64,000 nucleotides of DNA from Thermodesulfobacteriota bacterium (GCA_046728175.1 JBKPEA010000050.1:389-64388); one strand, 5' to 3'. Positions 52,840 through 64,000 are shown, counted from the first letter of the stretch. Notes: a model not told the origin generated them from the sequence alone. Numbers and translations: made by a program.

Positions 52840-53973
52840 TTGGATTCCACTCAGGGCGTATACCGGTTCACTCGCCTGGAAAGTGTCATTTTTGGCGCCG
52901 GACGCATCGCCGCACTTGGCGCCGAACTGCAGCGCCGCCACTTGAGCCGGGCTCTGGTGGTGACGGGCACCTCGCTCGGACGATCAAAACTGCTCGATGC
53001 CGTCAAACGAGCCGCCGGAGCCGCCCTGGGGGGAGTGTTCACCGGCGCCGCGCAACACGTCCCCTCTCGCACCGTGGATGCACTGGTCGACGAAGCGCGC
53101 CGCCTGGGCACCGACTCCTTGGTAAGTTTCGGCGGCGGCAGTCCCATCGACACCGCCAAGGTGGCGGCGATGCGGCTGCTTGGCGACCAGCCAGCGGATG
53201 CGGAGATGCCGCACATCGCGGTGCCTACCACCTTGTCCGCCGGCGAATTCACTCCCTTCGGGGGAGTTACCGACGAGGCCAAACGCCAGAAGGGCGGGGT
53301 CGGAGATCAGCGCCTCCAGCCGAAGGTCGTGATTCTAGATCCGGAGCTGACACGCGAGACTCCCGCGTGGCTGTGGGCCTCGACCGGAATGCGCGCGCTC
53401 GACCACGCGGTTGAATGTGCGTATTCAGCCCGCCATCAGCCGCTGACGGACCTGACCGCGGCGCGCGCGATTGCCCTGCTGGTGAAACATCTCCGGCCTT
53501 CGCTGGCGACTGCTGGATCCGAAGAGCTCGAGCATCGCGTGCAATGTCAGCTTGCGGCATGGTTCTCGATTTTCGGCGCCATGAACACCGGTCTGGGTGT
53601 CTCTCACGCATTGGGCCACCAGATCGGTCCGTACTGGAATGTCCCCCACGGCATCACCTCGTGCATCACGCTGCCACACGTGATGCGGTTTATGGCCAAA
53701 GTCGGGCCGGAACGGTTCGCGCCTATCGCGGAGGGCTTCGGAATTCGTTTTGAGGCCGGCAGCGCAAAGCGGTCGGCGCTCGAATGTGCCGACCGCGCCG
53801 CGGAATTCATCGCCCAGTTCGAAGTTCCCACACGACTGCGCGATGTCGGTGCGCCCTACGAACAACTGAACCGCATCGCGGGAGCGGTGCTCGCCGAACT
53901 GGATCGCTCAAATGTCGTGGGGCGACCAATAACTTCGGAGGAACTGCATAGCTTGCTCGAAGCGGCGTTCTGA
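52840..53973 (+). CDS. Iron-containing alcohol dehydrogenase (maleylacetate reductase-like)
   Basis: GGGSPIDTAK, PTTLSAGE, DHAVE, HALGH and PHG motifs; GGAGG before the TTG. Confidence 0.9.
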   Translation: MDSTQGVYRFTRLESVIFGAGRIAALGAELQRRHLSRALVVTGTSLGRSKLLDAVKRAAGAALGGVFTGAAQHVPSRTVDALVDEARRLGTDSLVSFGGGSPIDTAKVAAMRLLGDQPADAEMPHIAVPTTLSAGEFTPFGGVTDEAKRQKGGVGDQRLQPKVVILDPELTRETPAWLWASTGMRALDHAVECAYSARHQPLTDLTAARAIALLVKHLRPSLATAGSEELEHRVQCQLAAWFSIFGAMNTGLGVSHALGHQIGPYWNVPHGITSCITLPHVMRFMAKVGPERFAPIAEGFGIRFEAGSAKRSALECADRAAEFIAQFEVPTRLRDVGAPYEQLNRIAGAVLAELDRSNVVGRPITSEELHSLLEAAF

Positions 53974-54002
53974 GGGGGCCATCACGCCGCGCTGGAGGAC
54001 TT

Positions 54003-54626
54003 ATGCGCGCTCCGATGCTTCTCCAATTTGCCACACTGGCCGCGGTTCTGATCACCGGGTGCGGCGAGCAACCGAGCTCAGACTCCACTTTGCCACCCGA
54101 AGCTCCGCCGACCACCTACCGCGTTACGGTCCATGAGGTATACGGCTCGAGCGACCCGGTCGCGGTGATGACATTCGAGCGCGACGCCAGCGGCAATCCG
54201 ACCCGTGGATCTATCGTAGGAAAGATTCACGGCTGGCCCTTCCCTCACCTGGACAAAGGTGGCGATACCGGTGAGGGTCTGTTCACTTATCGAACCGATT
54301 TTACCGTCTCGAGGTCCGCTAAAGACCGGTTGCCCGAAGCGGCGGACGGCAGCCGCACGGTCTATTTCCATCCGAATCGCCTGCCGATGTCGCTGGAGCA
54401 GACCGCGGCGCTCGCTTCTGGGGAGCCCATCATCCGTGACTCGGTCAAACTGCTGTTTTCCTTTCAGTCCCGGGACCGAGCGGAGGTCGCTACCACGGCA
54501 AGCCAGATCTGGACCCATTCCTTCTCATGGCAAGGCGTGACCATCCAACCGCCAGGCGAGCCGCCCGCGACCCAGACGGCCACCGCGACCTACTCAGCTC
54601 AATACGATGGCTATGTGTTCCGCTGA
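54003..54626 (+). CDS. Hypothetical lipoprotein
   Basis: GGAGG RBS; lipobox LITG|C. Confidence 0.75.
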   Translation: MRAPMLLQFATLAAVLITGCGEQPSSDSTLPPEAPPTTYRVTVHEVYGSSDPVAVMTFERDASGNPTRGSIVGKIHGWPFPHLDKGGDTGEGLFTYRTDFTVSRSAKDRLPEAADGSRTVYFHPNRLPMSLEQTAALASGEPIIRDSVKLLFSFQSRDRAEVATTASQIWTHSFSWQGVTIQPPGEPPATQTATATYSAQYDGYVFR

Positions 54627-54654
54627 TCTGCGACAAAGTCGGTTTCGCGGAATC

Positions 54655-54984
54655 CTACGGGCCGAGCGGGCCGGCACCCGTCACGCTGTTAGGAGTCTGC
54701 GTACTTTCACCCCAGGTTTCGATGGGCGAGAGGGGAGAATTTTCAGGCGTACCGGGTCCCTCGACCGTCACAGTGCCTCCTTCGGGAATCGGTACCGTGA
54801 CTATGGATCCGTCGCCACCCGGATCGATGTCCGGGAAGGGCACCGCGGGCTCTAGCTGAGCGGGTGCGACGGTGCTCGCCTCGTAGCTCGTGTCAGGCAC
54901 TCCCGCAACCGCCTCCTGGGCCAGCGCTGGTAGCGGTCCTGACACCAGCAGAAGAATGGTTGCGGCCGCGGTGAGCGTCTTCAT
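54655..54984 (-). CDS. Small secreted acidic Pro-rich hypothetical protein
   Basis: Signal peptide MKTLTAAATILLLV..ALA|Q. Confidence 0.7.
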   Translation of the reverse strand: MKTLTAAATILLLVSGPLPALAQEAVAGVPDTSYEASTVAPAQLEPAVPFPDIDPGGDGSIVTVPIPEGGTVTVEGPGTPENSPLSPIETWGESTQTPNSVTGAGPLGP

Positions 54985-55148
54985 CGAGGTCAGCTTTGCA
55001 CGTGCTCCCGCGGTTGTCATCTCGGTAACGATGAACCGGCGTTAAGGTGACGAGGAGCGCTTGGTTTGACGCCCCGGACAGGTAGGTTCGCGTGGCGGCC
55101 TCCAAACGCGCTAGTTATTGCTCAGCAACCTGAGAAGGAGATCGGAAA

Positions 55149-55547
55149 ATGACTGCGGAAGAGAAGAAGGAACTCGTGACCCGGACCTGGACCCTTTTCG
55201 GCAAGGGCGACATCAAGGGCGCGTTCGCGAATATGGACGATAACGTGAGCTGGCTGGTTCCCGGCAATGTTCCCGGTGTTTCGGGTCTCAAGAAGGGCAA
55301 GGACGAAATCCTGAAGTTCATGTCGGGCGTCGGTGCCGTGTTTCCAGAGGGGCTCAAGAGCGAATTCCGACGCATCTACTGCGACGGCGACACGGTGATC
55401 GTCGAATTGACCAACCGCGGCAAAGTCTCCAACGGCAAACAGTATGAAAACGAGTACTGTTTCGTCTTCGAGCTCGAAAACGGCAAAGTTCGCCGCATTC
55501 GCGAGTACGTTGATACGCAAAAAGTCGTCGACACCGTGATGAAGTAG
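55149..55547 (+). CDS. NTF2/ketosteroid isomerase-like protein
   Basis: DGDTVIVE, YENEYCFVF and IREYVDT motifs; AAGGAG RBS. Confidence 0.9.
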   Translation: MTAEEKKELVTRTWTLFGKGDIKGAFANMDDNVSWLVPGNVPGVSGLKKGKDEILKFMSGVGAVFPEGLKSEFRRIYCDGDTVIVELTNRGKVSNGKQYENEYCFVFELENGKVRRIREYVDTQKVVDTVMK

Positions 55548-55645
55548 ATTCCCGGGGAACGCCGCGACGGTCGCCTGGCGCACAAAAGGAAACCACCGAT
55601 TGGGAAAGTGAAGTCGCCGCCACGCGCTCCCGCCTCGCCGTGACT

Positions 55646-56449
55646 TCAGCTTCCCGACGATCGGTAGTGGCGGATACCGATACGCCACACGCGCAGCGCC
55701 ACGGCGAGAAACAGAAATCCCATCAGCGGGCTTACGCTGCCCAGCCAGGCGGGTGCGCCCAGCGAATCGTGGTGCCCGAGTATTCGCACTACCGGGAAGT
55801 AACCGACGCAGGCGAGCGGGACCACGAAAATCAGGAACTGGCGAAACCAGCGTACGTAGATATCGAGCGGATACTGCGATGCCTCCACTCCGCCATAGGT
55901 GAGCGTATTAGCGACCTCCAGGCTCTCGATGGTCCAGAATGAAAGGGTCGCCTGCAGGATCATGATTCCGGCGAAGAGCGCAACCCCGCCCGCGATGGTG
56001 GCGAGCAACAGCGTGACGGTCGCGATGCTGAGATCGAGGTGCACAAATTGCGCCGCCACCACCAGCACCACGGCGCCCTGCAGAAATCTGTCGAAGCGAG
56101 TCAAGCGGCATTCGTGACCGAGCAATTGCAGCGGCGTGCTGCGTGGACGCAGCAGCAGTCGATCAAAATTCCCGGTCTTCACGAATTGGGGACCGAAGAC
56201 GTCGAAGCCCCGCGCGGTCACTTCCGTGATTGAGAAAGACATATTGATAACCGCGTAGAACACCGCGACTTCGGGGAAGGTCCACCCCTTGATTTGGCCG
56301 AAGTGTCGGAACAGCGCCCAGATCCCGACAAATTCGGCCGCGGTCGCCAGCGCCTGGGAAATCAACAGCATCAGGAACGACCCTGGGAACTGCATCTGGG
56401 CGCGTACCGAGGCGGCCAGGAAGCGCCAGTAGAGGCGGATACCGCTCAT
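55646..56449 (-). CDS. ABC-2 type permease (DUF990-like)
   Basis: GNFDRLLLRP, YPLDIY and TM pattern. Confidence 0.88.
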   Translation of the reverse strand: MSGIRLYWRFLAASVRAQMQFPGSFLMLLISQALATAAEFVGIWALFRHFGQIKGWTFPEVAVFYAVINMSFSITEVTARGFDVFGPQFVKTGNFDRLLLRPRSTPLQLLGHECRLTRFDRFLQGAVVLVVAAQFVHLDLSIATVTLLLATIAGGVALFAGIMILQATLSFWTIESLEVANTLTYGGVEASQYPLDIYVRWFRQFLIFVVPLACVGYFPVVRILGHHDSLGAPAWLGSVSPLMGFLFLAVALRVWRIGIRHYRSSGS

Positions 56450-57282
56450 CCGCCCTGCACCTCAAGCCTGCTCATCACGCGTTCCATCAGGCGCCGTCCG
56501 ATCGCGATGAGCGCGGCGACCCATACCACCATCTGCAGGAGTCCCGCCAGCGCCAGCCTGCCGGCGAGATTGCCGGAGTAAATCCGAAACGGGATGTCCG
56601 CGAGACCCGCGCACGGCTGAAGAAAGAGAAAGGTGCGCATCCAGCCGGGAAAGAACGGCAGCGGTACCAGAATTCCGGACAGCAGCGTCACGGTTTGCGT
56701 CGCCAGCAGGCTTGGTCCGCGGTCACTGATCAGCACCACCACCAGGAGGTTGATTAGCATGAGGATCGCGCCGGAAAGGAGGACCGCCAGCAACATGCCC
56801 GCCACGAACAGCGCGGCCGCCCGCGGACTCGGCGGCGGCGCGAGACCCCACTGCCCGAGGCCGACCAGCGGGACCAGCAGCGCGACGAACGCGATCATCA
56901 TGGCGGCGCGCGGCACCATTCGGGCGCTTATCCACGCCAGCGCGCGCGCGTACCAGAAAAAATAAGTATCCAGCGGTCGCAGACGCTCGTAGGAAACATT
57001 GCCGCTGCGCACCATCTCGGTGATTTCGGGATCGCCCCACCACGGCATCAACATCAGGAACGCCTGCCCAAGCCACACGTACGCCACCGTTTGCGGAAAG
57101 CTGAGTGGTTGCCGCGCCGATGCGCCATGGTAAAAAGCTGCAAACACCATCACCTTGATGATTCCCCACCAGCACTGGGTGACGAACCCCGCGACCACCG
57201 CGGCACGATATTGCAGCATCAGCATGAATCGCGCGGCGAACACCGAGCGGTACGATCGCAGCGACCCGGCTTCGACTGCCAT
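56446..57282 (-). CDS. ABC-2 type permease
   Basis: LQYR, SGNVSYERLRP, LSGILVPL, C-terminal VQGG. Confidence 0.88.
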   Translation of the reverse strand: MAVEAGSLRSYRSVFAARFMLMLQYRAAVVAGFVTQCWWGIIKVMVFAAFYHGASARQPLSFPQTVAYVWLGQAFLMLMPWWGDPEITEMVRSGNVSYERLRPLDTYFFWYARALAWISARMVPRAAMMIAFVALLVPLVGLGQWGLAPPPSPRAAALFVAGMLLAVLLSGAILMLINLLVVVLISDRGPSLLATQTVTLLSGILVPLPFFPGWMRTFLFLQPCAGLADIPFRIYSGNLAGRLALAGLLQMVVWVAALIAIGRRLMERVMSRLEVQGG

Positions 57283-58274
57283 CAGGCCTCGCTGGCGCCA
57301 TGAAGGTCGTAGAAGCGCGCGATCACTTCTTCGATTTGCGGCTGCTCGACGTGGACATCGGCAAGCTCGTATTTGGCGCTGATACTCTCGATCAGCTGCG
57401 GAACCGAGATGAGGGCGGGATCGAATGACAGCTCGATTGAGTTGCCGTCGCGATTGCGCACCACCGCCCCCGAAATCTCCAGTGCCGGGGCGGCACCGAC
57501 AAAATCCGCGAACAGGCGCCGCTCGGTGAGCACTTCGGCTCGCAGCAGCGCGAAAGGCTTGTCGGCCAGGATGACGCCGTTGCCGATCACGATCACGCGC
57601 TCCGCCAAAGCCTCGATGTCATGCATGTCGTGGGTGGTGAGAATGACCGTCACGCCTTGCTCCCGATTCAGCGTTTTCACGAATTCGCGCACCGCCAGCT
57701 TCGATGGTGCGTCCAGACCGATGGTCGGCTCATCCAGGAACAGAAGCGCGGGACGATGCAGCATCGCGGCCGCGATCTCGCAGCGCATGCGCTGGCCCAA
57801 GGACAACTGCCGGACCGGCTGGTCGAGCAGCCGCTCCAGGCGCATCAGGCCAATCATCTCATCACGGGTGCGGCGGTACTCGCTCTCCGAAACGCGGTAG
57901 ATGTCGCGCAGCAGGTCGAACCCGTCGATCACCGGCAGGTCCCACCACAGCTGGGTGCGCTGGCCAAATACCACACCGATGCGCGCGACATGCCGAATCC
58001 GATCGCGCCACGGGGTGAGCCCATCTATTTCGCAGCGGCCGGACAGCGGCTCCAGGATGCCGGAGAGGATCTTGATCGTGGTCGATTTGCCCGCGCCATT
58101 GGGGCCGATAAAGCCCAGCAGTTCGCCGCGCTCGAGCGAGAAGCTGATGCGCTTGAGCGCGTGGACCAGGCGGTGGCGGCGCGCGAACAGGCCTTGCACC
58201 GCACCCCAGGCTCCGGGCCGACGTTCCGACACGCGGTAGGTCTTCGACAGATTTTCTACGAGAATCTGCGGCAT
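57282..58274 (-). CDS. ABC transporter ATP-binding protein
   Basis: GPNGAGKST, LSLGQRMR, FLDEPT and TTHD motifs. Confidence 0.94.
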   Translation of the reverse strand: MPQILVENLSKTYRVSERRPGAWGAVQGLFARRHRLVHALKRISFSLERGELLGFIGPNGAGKSTTIKILSGILEPLSGRCEIDGLTPWRDRIRHVARIGVVFGQRTQLWWDLPVIDGFDLLRDIYRVSESEYRRTRDEMIGLMRLERLLDQPVRQLSLGQRMRCEIAAAMLHRPALLFLDEPTIGLDAPSKLAVREFVKTLNREQGVTVILTTHDMHDIEALAERVIVIGNGVILADKPFALLRAEVLTERRLFADFVGAAPALEISGAVVRNRDGNSIELSFDPALISVPQLIESISAKYELADVHVEQPQIEEVIARFYDLHGASEA

Positions 58275-58357
58275 CCGACGCGCCCCCCCGACCGATGTGG
58301 AAACCGTCGACACTATCCGCGCGCGGGTGCCCAGTCAACGAAGAGGTAGCCGCGCGC

Positions 58358-58717
58358 TTAGGTGGCCCCTGGGGCGCGGACCACGCAGAAAAGATTGCCG
58401 TCGGGGTCTTCCAGGACAACGAAGTCACTGTTGGGTCTATATCGCCATGGGTAGCGGGTGGCCCCGAGCGCCACAAGTCGCTCCACTTCGCTCTCCCGGT
58501 CGCCCGCGTAGAGGTCAAGGTGCAATCTGCTTCGCTTGCCCGAGCGTTTTTCCGCGACCCGGTTCAAGGACAAATTCGGCCCTTTTCCCAGGGGATCACG
58601 AAGAACCACCCAACCCCCCTGCGCGGGCTCTCTGGGGACGTAGTGAAGCGCTTGCTGCCAGAAGGCCAACATTTTCTCGAACTCGTAGCAGTTGACGACG
58701 ATCGAACCGATTTTCAT
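58358..58717 (-). CDS. VOC family (glyoxalase-like) protein
   Basis: FWQQAL, RLHLDL and DPDGNLFCV motifs. Confidence 0.88.
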   Translation of the reverse strand: MKIGSIVVNCYEFEKMLAFWQQALHYVPREPAQGGWVVLRDPLGKGPNLSLNRVAEKRSGKRSRLHLDLYAGDRESEVERLVALGATRYPWRYRPNSDFVVLEDPDGNLFCVVRAPGAT

Positions 58718-58788
58718 CTCCCCCCTCACCAACCCGCATTTCTTCTTCCGAGTTTTGCATGGTCGCAAATCCAAGGACTTTCTGCTCT

Positions 58789-60285
<1,497 letters not shown>

Positions 60286-60429
60286 GATGCGTCCACCCGC
60301 AATTGTCCTGACCCCAACCTTACCCCGAACCGGCTACTTACCAAGAACCCCGGTGTGAAGAGCTATTAAGCGAGGTGCGAGAATCGGTACCGACTATAGC
60401 GGGCGCTCGGGCTCTGCGCCTGAGCTGGT

Positions 60430-60488
60430 TAGAGACACCCCGTGAAGCCGGTGCCCCTTTCGAAAAGAACACCGCGCGGCGGTCTCTA
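60430..60488. repeat. Nested hairpin (REP-like or terminator) between the permease and mmsA
   Basis: TAGAGAC...GTCTCTA enclosing CGGTGCCCCTTT-CGA-AAAGAACACCG. Confidence 0.5.
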
Positions 60489-60511
60489 GCCTCGCCCCCT
60501 CGCTGACTCAC

Positions 60512-61945
60512 TCAAGTCTGCCGGCGCGTCACAAAATAAATGGGTACTCCGCTCAACACGATGATCACTCCGGGCCACGAGAAACGCGGTTTCATCACCA
60601 GCAAGTCGATCATCACTGCCGCCGCGGCAATGATGTACGCCGCGGGCACGATCGGATAGCCCCACGCTCGATATGGGCGCGGCACAGCTGGGCGCGTTCT
60701 CCGCAACCTGAACACGGCGCCGACCGTGAGCACGTAAAAGAACAGGGCCGCAAAAATTACGTAGTCCAACAAGTCGGAATAAGTACCGCTCAGCGCCAGC
60801 AGCGCTGCCCACACCCCCTGGACGATCAGCGCAAACGCAGGGACGTTCGCGGCATTGAGACGCCGTGCGGCGGCAAAAAAGACGCCGTCTTCCGCCATCG
60901 CATAGATGACCCGCGCTCCGGTCAGGATCAGGCCGTTGGCACATCCGAACGCGGAGATCATGACGAGGATCGCGGTGAGCGATGCGCCCGCGGCGCCCCA
61001 TACTACTTTCATGGCGGCGGAAGCCACCCGGTCGCTGGCGGCGTGCGCGATTCCGCGCGCGAAGACGTCCGAAACATGAGGGACTCCCGTCGCCGGAAGT
61101 TGGAACAGGTATGCGAGGTTGGTCAGCACATACAGAAGGATGACCGCGCCACTGCCGAAGGCGAGCGCGCGCGGCAGATTCCGATGCGGATTGCGGATTT
61201 CCGACGCCACGAAAGTTACCGACGCCCACGCGTCGGCCGAGAACAGCGCTCCCACCATTGCCGCTCCGAACACTGCCAGAAAGTTGCTCGGCGGCACGTC
61301 CTGGAAGAAAAACCTGTAGGCGCTCCCGAAGTTGGCGCGCAGCGCGGCCGGATTCGGAAACAGGACGCATCCAACCAGCACAATCATCACCAGCGCAAGA
61401 ACCTTTGCGGTGGTGAACGAGTTCTGCACCAGGCGCCCCAGATTCAGGCCCCGCAGATTCGCGAAGGTGAGGACCGCGATCACCATGATCGCGCCCACGC
61501 GTTCGCCGGAAAGTCCGAAAGTGCCGGCGCCCAGGAAGACCCGCGATCCGAGTACCGGCCACAGAACATCAAGAAAGCGTGCAAACGCTACCGCAACTGC
61601 CGCGATGGTTCCGGTCTGGGTGATCAGGAGCAGCGTCCAGCCGAACAGAAAGGCCCATAGGCCGCCGTATGCTTCGCGCAGGTAAACGTACTGACCGCCC
61701 GCCTGCGGCATCATGGCGGCCAACTCTCCATATGCCAGTGCACCCGCGATGGTCATAAGTCCCGCGACGATCCAGGTCGCCAACAGAGCCGCCGGGGAGC
61801 CGACCTGCCGCACGATATCCGCCGCTACGATGAAGATGCCGGAGCCAATCATCGAGCCGGCGACCAGGGTTATTGAATCGAACAGCCCAAGGCCCGGCCT
61901 GAGCCCCGCTACCGTCGGCTCCGCTCTAGCCGCCGCTTGCTCCAT
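60512..61945 (-). CDS. APC family amino acid permease
   Basis: GSMIGSGIF, GGQYVYL, EIRNP and RPYRAWGYP motifs. Confidence 0.93.
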   Translation of the reverse strand: MEQAAARAEPTVAGLRPGLGLFDSITLVAGSMIGSGIFIVAADIVRQVGSPAALLATWIVAGLMTIAGALAYGELAAMMPQAGGQYVYLREAYGGLWAFLFGWTLLLITQTGTIAAVAVAFARFLDVLWPVLGSRVFLGAGTFGLSGERVGAIMVIAVLTFANLRGLNLGRLVQNSFTTAKVLALVMIVLVGCVLFPNPAALRANFGSAYRFFFQDVPPSNFLAVFGAAMVGALFSADAWASVTFVASEIRNPHRNLPRALAFGSGAVILLYVLTNLAYLFQLPATGVPHVSDVFARGIAHAASDRVASAAMKVVWGAAGASLTAILVMISAFGCANGLILTGARVIYAMAEDGVFFAAARRLNAANVPAFALIVQGVWAALLALSGTYSDLLDYVIFAALFFYVLTVGAVFRLRRTRPAVPRPYRAWGYPIVPAAYIIAAAAVMIDLLVMKPRFSWPGVIIVLSGVPIYFVTRRQT

Positions 61946-62056
61946 GGGTGCATCATCGTAGCAGCGCCGTTTGATTTGCGCGCGGGTCTCGGCCCCTCTT
62001 GCCGGATTGATTTTTTCAGGGCAGAGACCTAGCAGAATGGACTGTCGCACGAACCA

Positions 62057-62279
62057 GTTTGAGTAGGAATCATGGTTGCCCATAATCCCCTCAACAGATC
62101 CGGACGAGCGGTATTGCCGCATCCGGCTCTTGCCTCAGGTAATGACGCCGAGACCCCTGTCAACGCTTCGACGCTTCCCTTGCGAGAAGCTCCGCATGAC
62201 TCAGGGCCGTCATGGGTCGCTGGCCCTTTAACGCGTGACTCTTTCATTCACAACACCTCGCCGGTTTAGCCCGGCGCAC
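62057..62279 (-). mobile_element. Internally deleted (ORF-less) group II intron
   Basis: 5' GTGCG end; domain V GAGCCGGATGCGG..CCGCTCGTCCGGATCT; domain VI with bulged A, ending in AC; last IEP codons (LGVIT*) retained. Confidence 0.88.
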
Positions 62280-62293
62280 AAGGAGAGCAACCG

Positions 62294-62770
62294 ATGCGGC
62301 AGAAAAAGAAGAGGGTTTCCAAACCTAAAACGGCGCGCAAACGCACCAAGCCGGCTGCGGGCGGGTCCCAGCTGTCGCAGCTCAGATCGATGGTGTCGCA
62401 ACTCCGCGCCCGCATTGAAAAAGAAGCGCGTGCCCGCAAGCTCAACACCAGCCTCATCAATGAAGCCAAACGGGCGCGTGACGAGATCGTGCGGCAGGTT
62501 ACTTCCCTGCGCGACCAGGGAAGAAAGCTCGCCGAGCAGCTTCAGAGCACGCTTACTGACTCAAAGAAGAGAGAAAAGGCCCGTCGGGATGCGCTGGCGA
62601 TCGTGACTGAACTTCGCGAGGAACTGGCGCGCAAGACCGAAGACTTGCGTCTCAAAACCGTGGAACTAAGAAACCTCGCGCAAGAATCGGCGCAGCGGGC
62701 TCGCGAGATCATCCAAGGCGCCCCGCCCGCGCCGCACCCGGGTCCGGGCGAACCGGGTAGCAAGGAATAG
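62294..62770 (+). CDS. Hypothetical coiled-coil protein with basic N-terminus
   Basis: AAGGAG RBS; heptad-rich 158-aa ORF. Confidence 0.8.
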   Translation: MRQKKKRVSKPKTARKRTKPAAGGSQLSQLRSMVSQLRARIEKEARARKLNTSLINEAKRARDEIVRQVTSLRDQGRKLAEQLQSTLTDSKKREKARRDALAIVTELREELARKTEDLRLKTVELRNLAQESAQRAREIIQGAPPAPHPGPGEPGSKE

Positions 62771-62850
62771 CGCTGACCTCCGCAATGCAAACAAAGCCAG
62801 CGCGTGCCCCCCGGTCGACCGCTCAGAAAATTGAAGGAAAAGAGGCTGGT

Positions 62851-62889
62851 TAGCCGCGCGCCGCCTTAAAGGGGCGGCGCGCGGAACTA
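62851..62889. terminator. GC-rich hairpin between convergent genes
   Basis: CCGCGCGCCGCC-N7-GGCGGCGCGCGG. Confidence 0.6.
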
Positions 62890-62907
62890 TCCTTGAGCCG
62901 AAGTTGC

Positions 62908-63084
62908 TTACGGAGCTGCCGGACTGGCTCCCGGGCTGCCCATTTCCCCACCACCGCCGGGCGCAGCCGGGCTCGCTTCAGCGGAAGCGGACGCCTCCGG
63001 AGCGGCTGGAGCTGTCTCTTCGGATTTGCTGCACGCGGCCCCCAGGAACAACGCAACTAGTGCCAGAAGCAGGACTTTGCGCAT
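62908..63084 (-). CDS. Small lipoprotein
   Basis: AAGGAGG RBS; MRKVLLLALVALFLGAA|C lipobox; Ala/Pro-rich tail. Confidence 0.8.
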   Translation of the reverse strand: MRKVLLLALVALFLGAACSKSEETAPAAPEASASAEASPAAPGGGGEMGSPGASPAAP

Positions 63085-63304
63085 CGCTTCCTCCTTGAAT
63101 TCCAAGCTACCCTAAACAATAGCGCAAAAACTGAAAACGCCGCCAACAATACGATAGGCGCAGCACAACTTCAAGCGCGAGTACGCGCAGGCAAGATAAG
63201 CGTAAAGATCACCATCGCGCCTATCAAAATTCATACCACTATTTTGAAATGAGATTGGGCGCGCTATTATCGATTCAAACGTCTGTCGTGGGGAGGATGG
63301 GAAG

Positions 63305-63538
63305 TTGGTGCGTAGCAGGCGCTTGTCAGTCGCGCTCGATCGAGTGCACCCCGACCAGCATGGTTTGGTGGTCGAACCCGAACTGGACATGAATCGGCAA
63401 CACCGCCGGGAGCCGACGCTGTTGCTCCGATTCTGGCGGCTCATCCACTGGTTGAGGCCCGAGTCCGGAATGGTGGAACCGCCGATGAGATCCATCGCGC
63501 GGGAGCTCGAGGAGCGGTTTCCGTCACGCGATATCTGA
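63305..63538 (+). CDS. Small hypothetical protein
   Basis: 77-aa ORF with GGAGG upstream; no recognised motif. Confidence 0.4.
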   Translation: MVRSRRLSVALDRVHPDQHGLVVEPELDMNRQHRREPTLLLRFWRLIHWLRPESGMVEPPMRSIARELEERFPSRDI

Positions 63539-63577
63539 GACGTTCCCAAAGCGGGCGCTCTCAGGAGGGGAGATTTG

Positions 63578-64000
63578 ATGGCGCAACTTGTGCGCATTGC
63601 GAGCGGCACGCCGTGGGAACCGGTCGCAGCTTATTCGCGAGCCGTCAAAGCCGGAGAATTCGTCGCGGTATCCGGGACCACTGCCACCGATGAGCGTGGC
63701 CTGGTGGTCGGCGGTGGCCAGATGTACGTGCAAGCACACCAGGCGCTGATCAACATCCGCACCGCGCTCGAGAGAATGGGGCTCTCGATGCAGGATGTGG
63801 TCCGCACCAGGATGTTCGTTACCGACATCTCGCGCTTCGCCGAGGTGGCCCGCGCGCATCATGAGTTCTTCGCCCAAGCGCCGCCGGCCTCGACGATGGT
63901 CGAAGTAAAAGCCTTGGTCCATCCCGCAATGCTCATCGAGATCGAAGCGGATGCCTATCGCGGATCTGCGCCGCCGCCCGCGCCGCCACCCAAGTCCGCG
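63578..64000 (+). CDS. RidA/YjgF family protein (runs off the window end)
   Basis: SGTPWEPVAAYSRAV, VSGTTA, VVRTRMFVTD and LIEIEADA motifs; absent from the ORF track. Confidence 0.9.
   Translation, partial: MAQLVRIASGTPWEPVAAYSRAVKAGEFVAVSGTTATDERGLVVGGGQMYVQAHQALINIRTALERMGLSMQDVVRTRMFVTDISRFAEVARAHHEFFAQAPPASTMVEVKALVHPAMLIEIEADAYRGSAPPPAPPPKSA

Noticed and set aside
55053-55104. tRNA-like segment (GGTTCG..CCA)
   Set aside because: Too short, with no cloverleaf or anticodon arm
62029-62247. 72-aa ORF MKESRVKGPATHDGPESC
   Set aside because: Spurious translation of group II intron RNA

Overview
GC-rich bacterial chromosomal window. The gene set and order (kdsB-pyrG-kdsA, lptC-lptA-rpoN-hpf-ptsN-rapZ, ptsH-metK-ahcY, RpoH-like sigma, class I LysRS) resemble deltaproteobacterial-type lineages such as Binatia; this assignment is an inference. 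Most of the window is housekeeping (LPS/peptidoglycan, SAM cycle, transcription) interleaved with catabolic enzymes (several SDRs, acyl-CoA dehydrogenase, enoyl-CoA hydratase, amidase, Fe-ADH, methylmalonate-semialdehyde dehydrogenase), plus a decaying accessory stretch at about 13.4-21.9 kb. The main observations missed by the ORF track are: (1) an ArsC/Spx-family gene with an in-frame TGA in a UxxC motif followed by a SECIS-like hairpin, probably a selenoprotein (7637-7987); (2) a 223-nt internally deleted group II intron that keeps both splice ends and domains V/VI (62057-62279); (3) an LptA inflated by Pro/Ala tandem repeats in an operon lacking lptB; (4) a 4-hydroxybutyryl-CoA dehydratase-like protein without its Fe-S cysteines; (5) two tiny Arg/Lys-rich ORFs, several frameshifted or nonsense pseudogenes, and probable leaderless promoters. 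No rRNA, tRNA or CRISPR array was seen.
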